Of a stretch of DNA of 64,000 nucleotides, positions 12,608 through 23,784 are shown in pieces. How positions within the stretch are numbered: position 1 is the stretch's first letter; each line of letters opens with the position of its first letter. The stretch spans positions 19,800,322 to 19,864,321 of the forward strand of contig NC_069003.1 in assembly GCF_001194135.2 (NCBI RefSeq), given 5' to 3'. The stretch is from Octopus bimaculoides. Lineage: Eukaryota. The notes beneath the pieces were generated by a model. It did not search any database and was not told the DNA's origin. It saw nothing but the letters and a program-made list of their open reading frames with translations. A program made the position numbers and the translations under genes.

Positions 12608-13250
12608 GTAGTTCCTGTTGTTGTTTAACCCCAGGTCATCCATGAACTGAGCAGATATCTATGATCAAAGCAAATCCAGCCATAAGCATCCCTTCTTTTT
12701 GTTTTTCAATTTCCTCTCAAGGTAGTGCATCCACGATGATATATTAACCAATACATCCTTCACAGTTTTAAGACAGTACACTGTGATTTGAGAAAGATTC
12801 AGCTGTTATTTACTGTAGGCTGATTGACCATGTAGAGCAATCATGGACAACCTTTTTTCTGAGAAGTGGGCCATAAGAGACAAGGCTCACCGTCAGGCAA
12901 GCCGTGCTACTAAAACAATTCAAAGTCATTTTTTGTCTAGGTGTGCCACTCAGAATGTCTCGTGGGCAGCATACGACCTGCAGGTCATATGCTGCCTATG
13001 GCTGATGTAAAGACTCCCTTCTTGGCAGGGCTTGAAAACAGAGTTCTACATCTTCCAGCAACAATTTTGATTTAAGCCATATCACTGGTATTCCATTTAA
13101 TGGAGAAGCCTCTATGTGGTTGTCTAACATGCTAGAAATAACAGTCAAATGTCTTTCAAATCACGCCCTTAAAAAGTGGGTGACATAAGATAATGTAGTC
13201 TGAGAGAAAATGTATCTATAAAAAAAAAAAAAACAAGACTGATAGACATG
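12608..13250. mobile_element. Two head-to-head copies of retroposon family C ((AAC)n-tailed): reverse copy 12608-13020 and forward copy 13107-13250
   Basis: Consensus ctctacgtggt..gctagaaatagcagccaaatctccctcaaatcac...gacctggggctaaacaacaacaac recurs at about 29100, 35080, 39200, 40870, 46570, 47040 and 61700. Confidence 0.6.
12838..13004. mobile_element. 167-bp hAT-type MITE with an 8-bp target-site duplication, inserted in a family C copy
   Basis: Flanks ATGTAGAG (12830-12837) and ATGTAAAG (13005-13012); degenerate TIRs caatcatggacaac / rc cagccataggcagc; subterminal 32-bp palindrome 12965-12996; host consensus resumes (actccc) after the TSD. Confidence 0.75.
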
Positions 13251-13326
13251 TTAGATTGTTTTATTTTCTTTCATCCTAGATACACTTGGTTAGATATGCT
13301 AGACATAGCAGCTATGTGGCTATACA

Positions 13327-13900
13327 GACACAGGCGTTGCTGTGTATTAAGAAGCTTGCTTCCCAACCACATGGTTCCAACTTCAGTCCCACTGTGTGGC
13401 ACCTTGGGCAAGTATCTTCTGCTATTGCCTCAAGCCAATCAAAGCCTTGAGTGGATTTGGTGGACGGAAACTGAAAGAAGCCCATCGTATATATATATAT
13501 ATATATATTACACCATTTTGAGCGTGGCCATTGCCAGTACAGCCTGACTGGCCTTCATGCCGGTGGCACGTAAAAGCACCCACTACACTCTCGGAGTGGT
13601 TGGCATTAGGAAGGGCATCCAGCTGTAGAAACTCTGCCAAATCAGATTGGAGCCTGGTGCAGCCATTTGGTTCACCAGTCCTCAGTCAAATCGTCCAACT
13701 CATGCTATCATGGAAACCATCGCTTGACAACCAATGTTGGTGTGTTTACATACCCATAACTTAGCAGTTCCGCAAAAAAGACCGATAGAATAAGTAGTAG
13801 GCTTACAAAGAATAAATCCTGAGGTTGATTTGTTCGACTAGAGGTGGTGCTCCAGCATGGCTACAGTCAAATGACTGAAACAAGTAAAAGAATAAAAGAA
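13327..13900 (+). mobile_element. Chimeric SINE: family A head, (TA)n, RTE-type tail module, then family A tail
   Basis: 13510-13717 matches the ggcacgtaaaagcacc..aggaagggcatccagctgtagaaactctgcc module, then ccatcgcttgacaacc resumes family A. Confidence 0.7.
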
Positions 13901-14623
13901 TATGCTGGTATCAACAACTACCACTAGTTTCAAAAAATTTACAGAGTACATTATTACAAGTCTCACTCACAGGTTTGACTTCAAATCTTGTGCAAGTACT
14001 TCATTGTTTCTGTGGTTTTGTATGGAGTGACACTCTTTCTATTGCCAAAGCTCACTTGCTTGGTAACCGGTAAAAGTTGGCGACAAGAAGTGCACTCATC
14101 TGTAGAAAATCTGCCTCAGTAAGATGCATGAGTTTGATCCATGCAAGCAAGGAAAAGTGGATGTTAAAACAATGATGATGATGAAGATGGGCCACAATAC
14201 ACCAAAAAATGTGCTTTTATTTAATCTAGATTGCACATAATCAATAACAGATTTTCTGGAAGTTCTTCCACCTACAAAAACTTGTTTCAGTCATTAAACT
14301 GTAGCTATGGTGGGGCAGCACCTTCAATGGTTTAATAAAAAAAAAATCAACTCTAACTCTAGTACTTATTTTTAAATCTGGTACTTATTCTATTAGTTTC
14401 TTTTGCTGAACTGCTAAACAAACCAGTACTAGTTGTTGAGCAGGGGAGGGGTCATAACTATACATGTGCATGTACACACATGTACACGCATGTATACACA
14501 CACACACACACACACATAATGGTTGAACTTTTACTTTCCATAAATTTTGTTTTTACAGTTTTATATCCATATTTCCTTGCTACACCGTGGTGGGTTTTAA
14601 AAAAATTTCACCACATAGTTTAA

Positions 14624-14826
14624 CCCTCTAGCCTTGAAACCAGCCATATCGGGTCCAAGTATTCTACCCGTTTTATGTTCAAACCAGCCAATTCCAGCCT
14701 CTCACATCTACACTACAATGTCATTCTAAAACTAATCACATCACCAAAATCTTGACACTAAAATATAATGCATGATTAATTCAAAGCAATGTGAATAAAT
14801 AGGTATTACATCTGAATGCTAAAGGG
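14624..14826. mobile_element. piggyBac-type MITE with TTAA on both sides
   Basis: TTAA ccctctagc ... gctaaaggg TTAA (14620-14623 and 14827-14830). Confidence 0.8.
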
Positions 14827-15316
14827 TTAAATAAATAAGCATAAATAAATAAATTTGTTTGTTTAGTCATTATGCTAGAACAATCATTTTTACAGCTGAG
14901 TACCCAAATTGCTAACCAGTGAACTATGAAGTGGGAACAATTTGTTCACAATCAAGTAAATTGAAGCAAACTGTACTATGCACCAAGCCTCAACTACATA
15001 CTACATGGCTGTATCAGTGTAGGATATTATTTGTAGTTGCTGTTGTTGTTGATTGTTGTATAGTGAGTTGAGGAAAATTTAGCTGTTATTTCTTGCAGGT
15101 TGAGTAACTATGAAGCGCAGCAAAATCATCTTCAAATTACAATTTATCTTCTTTGTTAAAGGAAGGGTATACATATTGGATAAATAATTCAGTTATATAA
15201 GACTTGTTTGCATATTTGCTTAGGACAGCCCACCAAAGAGGATGACTGTGTCAATCCAAGACATTCATTCTCCTCTGCATCCAGCACATTGTTTCTCATG
15301 GGAGCAGACGTAACTT

Positions 15317-15523
15317 TTCTACTCTAGGCACAAGGCCCGAAATTTGGGGGGAGGGGGCTAAGCGATTTGATCGACTCCAGTACGCAACTGGTACTTAATT
15401 TATTGACACTAAAAGGATGAAAGCCAAAGTCGACCTTGGCAGAATTTGAACTTAGAACGTAAAGACAGAAAAAATACCGCTAAGCATTTTGCCTGGCGTG
15501 CTAATGATTCTGCCAGCTTGCTG
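15317..15523 (-). mobile_element. SINE family B, well preserved
   Basis: Retains CpGs (gtcgac, gatcgact, tacgcaac); full-length match to consensus. Confidence 0.8.
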
Positions 15524-16712
15524 TGTTATGGGAACAGATGTAACTGACAAAACCTGATACGAGACAGGCAGATCTTGTGGCACTAATGGCAGTGAAAGTG
15601 GCCCTGAACAACAACCATAGGGGGTTGGGTCATGACTGGAACACATTTGATCATAGGTTTGTACAATCTGCACTGATCTGGGACTATGGTTGAAAGACTT
15701 AATGCATCGCCCAATTTAATACCACCACATGAATGGGGTGATGTAGTCCTTCAGCTGAAAAATACAGTGAAGCAGAAAAATCTCCCACATTTTACACATA
15801 ATGAATGGTGCATCTTGGAGGTTTCTCTTTGTTGCATTCTATATGTACCAACCAAGTCCTAGTGCAGCTCTCTCCCTCCAGCTATTGTTTTTCTGGATGT
15901 ACTACCACATCAAAGAGTGGAGGAGTCAAGAGAGTGTCTATGTTTACTTGCACCTACATAGGTACCTAAAACATTTTGAAAAAGCATAGTATATTGCTAA
16001 GCCATTTGTGGGTGGTGGCTGACTTACACACACACACACACACTCATTCATTCACTCAGCATGAGGAAAGTCATCCAGCTGTAAAAACCAGACCAGAACA
16101 GACAATGCTCCTGGCCTTACCAGCTCTGGTCAAACCATTCAACCCATGCCACCATGGAAAATGGACATTAAATGATGATTATGATGATGACACAGAAATG
16201 CTAGGCTTCCACACAGTTCTTATTCACCAAGTTATTGGTCAATTTGAGGCTAAGGTAGAAAACACATGCCCAAGATGCTGCATAATGAGACCACAGTGAC
16301 TGCCAAAGCAAACTTCTTAACCACATAGCCATCATTGCACCATACTATTCAAAATAAATATATTTACAAGCAATAAACATCTGCAACTGCCATTGTAAAT
16401 ATCTTTCACCAATGAAGGATAGTTGTTTTCTTTTTTTTCCCTGTTTGTTTATTATAATAATGGAATTTCATTTCAAATGTTCAGACAATTAATGCCTTCT
16501 AACATAGCATTCTCCTGCTAATAAAATATATAGACAAACCAGAAATTTAAAACTAAATCATTACAATTAAATGAACATTTTTCAGACTTATAAATCAAGT
16601 TATAATTTATAAAACCTGCTGAAGTTAACAACAAAAACAACAGCAGCAGTACTGTGATGGTGACGAGATGAAGAAAGTTTGTCAGAACAAATGTATATAT
16701 GTCTGCCCAGTG

Positions 16713-17670
16713 GTGAAATGATAAAGGCAATTGAACCTGAGTCTGGATATAAATACCTGGAAATACTGGAGGAAGATAGAATTAAGTATGATGATATGAA
16801 AGAAAAGACAGAGTATCTGTGACAATTGAATAAGATATTAGATTCAAATTTGAGGGCCAGCAACATAATTTCAGCAATAAATTCACACACAGTTACAGTG
16901 GTTCAGTATGAAGTAGGAATTCTGAAGTGGATAGAGGATGAGCTAAAGGAGTTGGACAGGTAAACAAGAAACCACACATAGAGCCCATCAACTGTGTGCA
17001 GACACAGATCATTAATACATGGGGAGAGCAAATGGAGAAAGGGGACTGATAAGTGTGGAAGGCTGCAAGCATATTGAACATGGGAACTTGCCAAGGTATC
17101 TAACCCAAAGAGAGGAAGCCTTTTTAGTAGCAGTTACAAATGAAGTCATATCAAAAGCAGGAAAAAAAGAAAGAATAAAACAAGTACAAAAATGATATGA
17201 AGAAGCATGACTTAACAAGGGACTATGCAATCAAATCCATGTAGCCACAACTGAAGTTGCTAGAGAACAAAGGTGGGACTGGTTAAAAAAAGGAACACTT
17301 AAAAAGGAGACTGATAGCACAAGACCAAGCTTTGGCTAAAAATTGTAGGATCAACCTTAGAAATGAGTAAGTGTCTCCGTTGTGCAGAATTTATAATGAA
17401 TTTAACAAAATCATTGCCCATATTGTGATTGAATACCTCAAACTTACCCCAGACCAATATGTTGAGGCAACATGATGAGGTAGCAAAAGTGCTACATAGG
17501 AAACTGTATGAAAAGAGAAAGGCAAGATGTGATATGAACACAAACCATAGAGAGTTGTTGAGTTGGAGACCTGCAAAATCCTGGAGGATTTCCCAATACA
17601 AATGGACCAGGTGCTTGAAGCACAACAAGCCAAACCTAGTGGTGGTGGACAAGGTGAAGCATGGAATGCT
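16713..17670 (+). mobile_element. Decayed R4/Dong-type LINE fragment (late RT, thumb, CCHC region, start of REL)
   Basis: Frameshifted translation MIKAIEPESGYKYLEILEED..; RQHDEVAKVLHRKLYEK; KHNKPNLVVVDK. Confidence 0.75.
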
Positions 17671-17689
17671 TTCCTCTTTTGATTTGCAT

Positions 17690-18710
17690 AACCTATATTG
17701 GGAATCTATTTGGTTTTTGTCTATCTTGGCTTTTACTCCTTAATGCTTGATCTTATGCAGCTACTAACAAATTTTCTGTCTCCCATTTCAGCTTTTCTTT
17801 CCGCAACCATAGCCATGTCACACTACTACTATTTGCAGCAACTATCTTTGGGAAACTATTATGCAATGCCTTTCCTGCCAGTCAGATAATTTTTTTTTTC
17901 TTCTTTTTAACTACATTTAGGTTTTTGGTTTCCCTCTGTCTTGCTGTGACTCTAGAAACTTTTAATAAACTTTCTTTACTATTACCTGCATAGGAATCTA
18001 TATCTATTCTAGCTAACTCCACGCAGTCTTCTACTAATATTAACTCTCTTCCACCTTCCTTTCTAGGTAAGTACAATCTTGCTACTCCAGCCCTCGAGTG
18101 GTGTCTTCCATTCATATTGAATTCCTTCTTAGTTCTTCTGTCTAGCTTTGCTAATTCAGTTTTTGTCCAATCTACAAAAGCTGCTGAGTATCTAAGTAAT
18201 GATACTGCCCAAGTATTTACAACCTTCACTAGATTCGGACCATTTAGCTTTGACTTCATTAGCTTCCTCACCATTCTGATGTACTCTTTCTGAATTTTCG
18301 TTTTCATTTCTGTAGTTAGTACTCTTGTCAGATTCTGATACTCCTTGATACTTATAACTCTCTCCTCCTTTCAATGATTTTAATGTCTGGCCATCTGGTA
18401 ATTGGATGCCTTCTCTGTTGACTACCTGTCCCCTTCTCATGACTAATATTGCATACTTTTCTCTGCCAAATTCCATGCTTATATCTTTGATGAAGAGTCT
18501 TACAGTCTGTATTAAAGAATCTATCTCTTTTTCATTCTTACTAAAAAGCTTCAGATCATCCATGGAGAGCAAATGGTTAATTTTTCTCTTACTATATCTG
18601 AACTTATCCATGAGTGTGGGATCATGTCATAGGCTCTCCTATAATCTATTTATGTTATTGTTAGGTTTTTTTCTAGCTTTCACTTCATTTAGAACTGCTT
18701 TGTATTAGAT
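17690..18710 (-). mobile_element. R4/Dong-type LINE reverse-transcriptase fragment
   Basis: INHLLSMDDLKLFSKNEKEI (YMDD-type motif), KEYIRMVRKLMKSKLNGPNLVKVVNTWAVSLLRYS, RLYLPRKEGGREL; internal deletion and frameshifts. Confidence 0.9.
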
Positions 18711-18749
18711 CATGTGTTATTAATATTATTATTATTAATGAGGGACAGA

Positions 18750-19235
18750 AATGTTATTATATCCACTCAGGAACAAGCCCGTGGAACAAATATGACAAAG
18801 GCAAAGATCAACAAAACCCAGTCAAACAGCGAGTTTAGAATCACCTTTTGAGTGAGTGCAAAGCAGTTCTAAATGCAGATATGACTGTGTAGGCAAGAGA
18901 GTTCATTACCAGAGAGTGTAGCTTCAAAACAACAGAAAAGTGGTATGAACTCAAACCAGAGGCTGTGATAAAAAATGGGAACTACAAGATCTTGTGGGAC
19001 TTTCCCATAAAGACTGATCACACTACTCAAACAAGACCAGATATGAACATAGAGGATAAAATAAATCAATAGTGTAAGATTTTGCAATTCTTTATGAGAG
19101 CAGAGTTGATATGAAAGAGACTGAAAAAAATTGAGAAATATCAGTATCTAGCCAGAGAACTGAGGAGACTGTAGAAGACCAAGACAACAATTATTCCTGT
19201 AGAAATTGGTACACTTGGTGCAACACTCAAAATCA
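18750..19235 (+). mobile_element. R4/Dong-type LINE 3' fragment (REL endonuclease)
   Basis: KWYELKPEAVIKNGNYKILWDFPI, RPDM, EKYQYLARELRRL*KTKTTIIPVEIGTLGAT. Confidence 0.8.
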
Positions 19236-19997
19236 TTTCTTTTCAGGCATAATTACATTATTTAATGTGTCATTCAATTTTGTTTAGATGACAGAAAGTG
19301 CAAATGTAAGGAGCATTTGATTGTTATTTCTAACAGGTTGAGACATTGTATAAAGACTACAAGATTAGCTCATTGAGTGGTTTAGAGTGGAGAAAGCATC
19401 GAAGGAAAAGAAATGGTAAGTTACCGTTTAATATATTGAAGGAAAATGTAAACCATGTGAAACAGGTAAACATAATCCAAGTATATTAAGCATGAAAAGA
19501 ATCTTAAATCTGCTTCAGAACACATCATGAGATGTTTAGAATAGGCAAACAGGTCAAATGGACATGCTAACATATCTCTAGTCATGTCCACCTCTCTGCT
19601 CCACTATCCTCACCACCACCACCACCACCACCACCACCTTCAGTGGAAATCACGTAATGCAATGAATGGATTTTATAAATAAAGAGGATGCATCGAAGTG
19701 TTAAGGTGAGTAATTACCAAATAATTTATTGGAACAGAATAAAAATGGTTTGAAGGAGAATTATTACAAGAGGCGATCAAGGGTGAAAGATTCAAAACCG
19801 CTGGAGTATTTACAGCTAAGCAATGAGATTACAGACTAACCACCACACCATACAACAAATGGTTAGCCCACACAAGAGAATAAGGGATGAAATAAATTTG
19901 ATGAAAATGAAGAAATATGAAGTATAATATCATGGGAATTATAAGAGAAAATAAGAAATACTTTGGAGCAGACAACAAACACAAACAGTTTTAGATT

Positions 19998-20325
19998 TAT
20001 CTTTCATCTTTTGCTTGTTTTAATCATTAGATTGTGGCCATGGTGGAGCACCACCTTGAAGAGATTTTAGTTGAATGAATCAGCCCCAGTAGTTATTATC
20101 TTTTTTAAACCTAGTATTTATTCTATTGGTCTCTTGCTGAACCACTAAGTCATAAACAAAGACACACACACATACATTGAGCTTCTTTCGGTTTCCATTT
20201 ATCAAATCCAAGACATTGCTCAGCCTGATGCTATAGTGGAAGACACTTGCCCAAGGTGTCACACAATGGGGATGAACCCAGAACCATGTGGCTGAGAAGA
20301 AATCTTTTTACCACACAGCCATGCA
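19998..20325 (-). mobile_element. SINE family A
   Basis: Reverse complement of consensus. Confidence 0.75.
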
Positions 20326-20465
20326 CATCAAGGAATCAAGAAAATGTAACTTAAAATAATATGACAGAATGAGGATTATTTCACATGGTCATTCAACCAG
20401 CCAGAAATAGCATTTATATTTCTCTTCCACATCAAGACTTGTTGTTTAAAAAAAATGGTAAGTAT

Positions 20466-20879
20466 AGGTGCAGGAGTGGCTGTGTGGCAAGTAGCTTGCT
20501 TACCAATCACATGGTCCCAGGTTCAGTCCCACTGTGTGGCACCTTGGGCAAGTGTCTTCTACTATAGCCACGAGCCAACCAAAGCTTTGTGAGTGGATTT
20601 GGTAGACGGAAACTGGAAGAAGCTTGTCGTATATGTATATACATGTATATGTATGTGTGTGCATATGTTTGCATGTCTGTGTTTGCCCCCCCCCCCTCAA
20701 CATCGCTTGACAACTGATGCTGGTGTGTTTATGTCCCCGTAACTTAGCAGTTTGGCAAAAGAGACCAATAGAATAAGTACTAGGCTTACAAAGAATAAGC
20801 TCTGGGGTCAGTTTACTCAACTAAAGGCGGTGCTCCAGCATGGCCACAATCAAATGACTGAAACAAGTAAAAGAGTAAA
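20466..20879 (+). mobile_element. SINE family A, the best-preserved copy
   Basis: A box TGGCTGTGTGG, B box GGTTCAGTCCC, internal (TA/TG)n, tail ending gaaacaagtaaaagagt. Confidence 0.85.
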
Positions 20880-21937
20880 TACATTAGCTAATGTAAATCT
20901 AAAGTTACTATGTGAGGAAAAAAACAAATCAAAAAATAAAAGATGGCATGACCATGGCTGGAATCACTAATCAACAGTTTGTTCAATAACTGTTTCTGAA
21001 TTTAGGAACAAGGTCAATAATTTTAAGGTGAGGGCTTAGTCAATTACATCAACCCCAGTACTAAACTGATACATTATTTTATCAACCCTGGAAAGGGTGA
21101 AAGGCAAAGTTGACCTCAACAAGATTTTTACTCAGACTGCTTAGCTGAAAGGTTAACGGGTCAAACCCACAATTGTAAGGTCATAGCTTCAATTCCCAGA
21201 CTTGATAGTATATTATGTTTTTGAGGAAAACACTTCATTTCATGTTACTCCAATTCACTTAGCTGAAAATAAGTGCCAGCAACAGCTAGGGTGGGAGGGG
21301 TAACTCAGTAACAGACTAATGTTTCATTCATGGACAAGTATTGTATGTATGGTTGTTTACATATCACAGAAACCAGGATAAGCACTGGTCAAATGAGCCC
21401 GTAGACTTGTACCAGACTTAAGATCCAAGATGATCAAAGATGTTCCAGTCATTACCATTCCATCTTATATATCCAATGTATTTTTCTTTATTTCATATTG
21501 TTCAACCTCAAGTCAACTCTGATGGAACAGACCTATGCTCAGGCCAGTCTAATCATGACCATCCTGTATTTTTCTATATCTTTAACAACAACAATGCTCA
21601 ATGTAGCCTTCCCTTTCTTTTTAAGGCAACATAGTATGACTTGAAGGAGATTTCACAGCTATTTTGAGTAGATCAAACAGCTGTACAGAGGTTCATTTGT
21701 TGACTTGTCTGAACACATGAGGGTTGATGAGATAATTCATTTCATGTCGTAAACAAGTTCTTACATGTATGTTATGATAATTTATTATGATTTAATGAGT
21801 GAGCCTGTAAAAATATATCAAAAGTGATGTGAGCCTATAAGGGAGCCTCCAAGTACTCACTTGATCTGCTAGAAACAACAGTCGATGTCTCTCAAATTAT
21901 ACATAAAAAACGGGCTTATTACACACACACACACACA

Positions 21938-21981
<44 letters not shown>

Positions 21982-22081
21982 NNNNNNNNNNNNNNNNNNN
22001 NNNNNNNNNNNNNNNNNNNNNNNNNNNNNNNNNNNNNNNNNNNNNNNNNNNNNNNNNNNNNNNNNNNNNNNNNNNNNNNNN

Positions 22082-22169
<88 letters not shown>

Positions 22170-22349
22170 CTAAAACAGGATAAAACAGCAACAGTAATAT
22201 TTAAATTTCTCATGGCTAAAGATCAATTTATAGATTCTTTCATTCTTTTAGAGGTCTCAGTCACTGGACTGTGACCATGCTGGGGCACTGTCATCACAGA
22301 TAGTCAATCATACTGACTGCAGCACTTATTTCAGTTTGATTTTTATAAA

Positions 22350-22672
22350 GTAGAGGGAAACTGTGGAAGAGGGAGACCTAAGAGGACATGGGATGAAGTA
22401 TTGAAGGCCACTCTCAAAATGCTGAATCTTATGAAGATGACAGAGGACCAAGATATGTGATGCATTGCTGTACTCAAGAAGACCCACTCACCACAACAGA
22501 AGTGAGGCCCTAAAACCAACATGCCATGTAAAAAGCACCCAGTGCACTCAGTATTAGGAAGGGCATCCAGTCATAGAGACCAAGCCAAAACAGACTATGG
22601 AACCTGGTGCAGCCCCTGATCTTACCAGTTCCTATCAAGCCATCCAACACATGCCATCATGGAAAACAGATG

Positions 22673-22708
<36 letters not shown>
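22350..22708 (+). mobile_element. RTE-clade LINE 3' end plus RTE-type tail module with (GAT)n tail
   Basis: VEGNCGRGRPKRTWDEVLK..LKMLNL; ends in (tga)n. Confidence 0.7.
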
Positions 22709-22709
<1 letters not shown>

Positions 22710-22718
22710 ATATATATC

Positions 22719-23390
22719 AATTATTAAGGGGGCTTATTTGTGATTTACAAGGACAGAAATATAGACATCACTAAAGTGACTGAGGGTGCTAGTCAGCACC
22801 AGCATTGCTAGAAATAAGAGTTAGAACAACTCTTAACCAAAGCAGAGTCAGATCACTGATTGATCATTTTGGATTTGATTAATCCTCATCAGTGACTTTC
22901 ACCCAGTTGCCGAGGGTTAAAGCTAACTCACCTTGTCAGTTTATAGAAAACATCGTAGAAATCAGAGGCTGAATTCATAAATGGTCAAAGTGAAAATTAT
23001 AAATTATTAAGGTGGCTTATTCACAATTTACAACCAAAAAGGCACAAGTATAGATGTCAGTAAAGTGACTAGTCAGCACTAGCATTGCTAAAAATAAGAA
23101 CCAGAACAACTCTTAGCTACTTTGAGCATTTATGAAATCAGTCTCTGATTTCTATGATGTTTTCTATAAACTGATAAGGCAAGTTAGCTTTAACTTTTGG
23201 CGACCAGGTGAGAGTCACTGATGAGGATAAATAAAATGTGAAATCATCAGTTGGTGATCTGGCTCTGCCTCACTTGCTGTGGGGAGCTTGTCTCTCTTAT
23301 CAGTCATTAGATAAGTGCTTTCCTATGGCTAAGAGTTGTTCTAGGTCTTATTTCTGGTAATGCTGGTACTGACTAGCATCCTCAGTCACT

Positions 23391-23391
<1 letters not shown>
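22719..23391. repeat. Foldback structure A-B-A-B'-a' (about 150-bp inverted arms plus a directly repeated terminal module)
   Basis: 22841-22991 is the reverse complement of 23119-23269; 22774-22838 is the reverse complement of 23327-23391; 22719-22838 is directly repeated at 23002-23117; differences are mostly transitions. Confidence 0.85.
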
Positions 23392-23439
<48 letters not shown>

Positions 23440-23784
23440 TCATGTATACCTGATAGAATACATAGTAATATATTTCAATTACTTGTTTTATTGGCTGTGG
23501 ACTAACAATAGCCGGGTGTCTATTGTGCTTGAATCTATCATTGACAGCATGTAGGGGTTACATTCTAGGAGCTAAAAACAGTATCTTGTAGCATTTATTT
23601 GCATTCATTTGTGTTCTCAATTTGGTACCTGCTGGGGGTTAACCTTAAGTTGAAATGAGGTCAACTTTGTCTATCATCCTTTCAAGATCAATGAAATAAG
23701 TACCAATTAAGTATTGGGGTTAATTTAACCAACTCATCCCTTAAATTTGAGAATTTGTGTCTAAGAAATTGATATTAAAGGTAT

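Noticed and set aside
15801-15989. ORF with a hydrophobic stretch
   Set aside because: The minus strand shows a decayed DV..YI.K..GGREL-like motif of the Dong LINE; most likely a transposon remnant.
17690-19235. Twin-priming 5' inversion of a single LINE
   Set aside because: The geometry fits, but the overlapping AAQDQALR segments of the two pieces are strongly diverged and a TAA-like target tract lies at the junction, which favours independent insertions.
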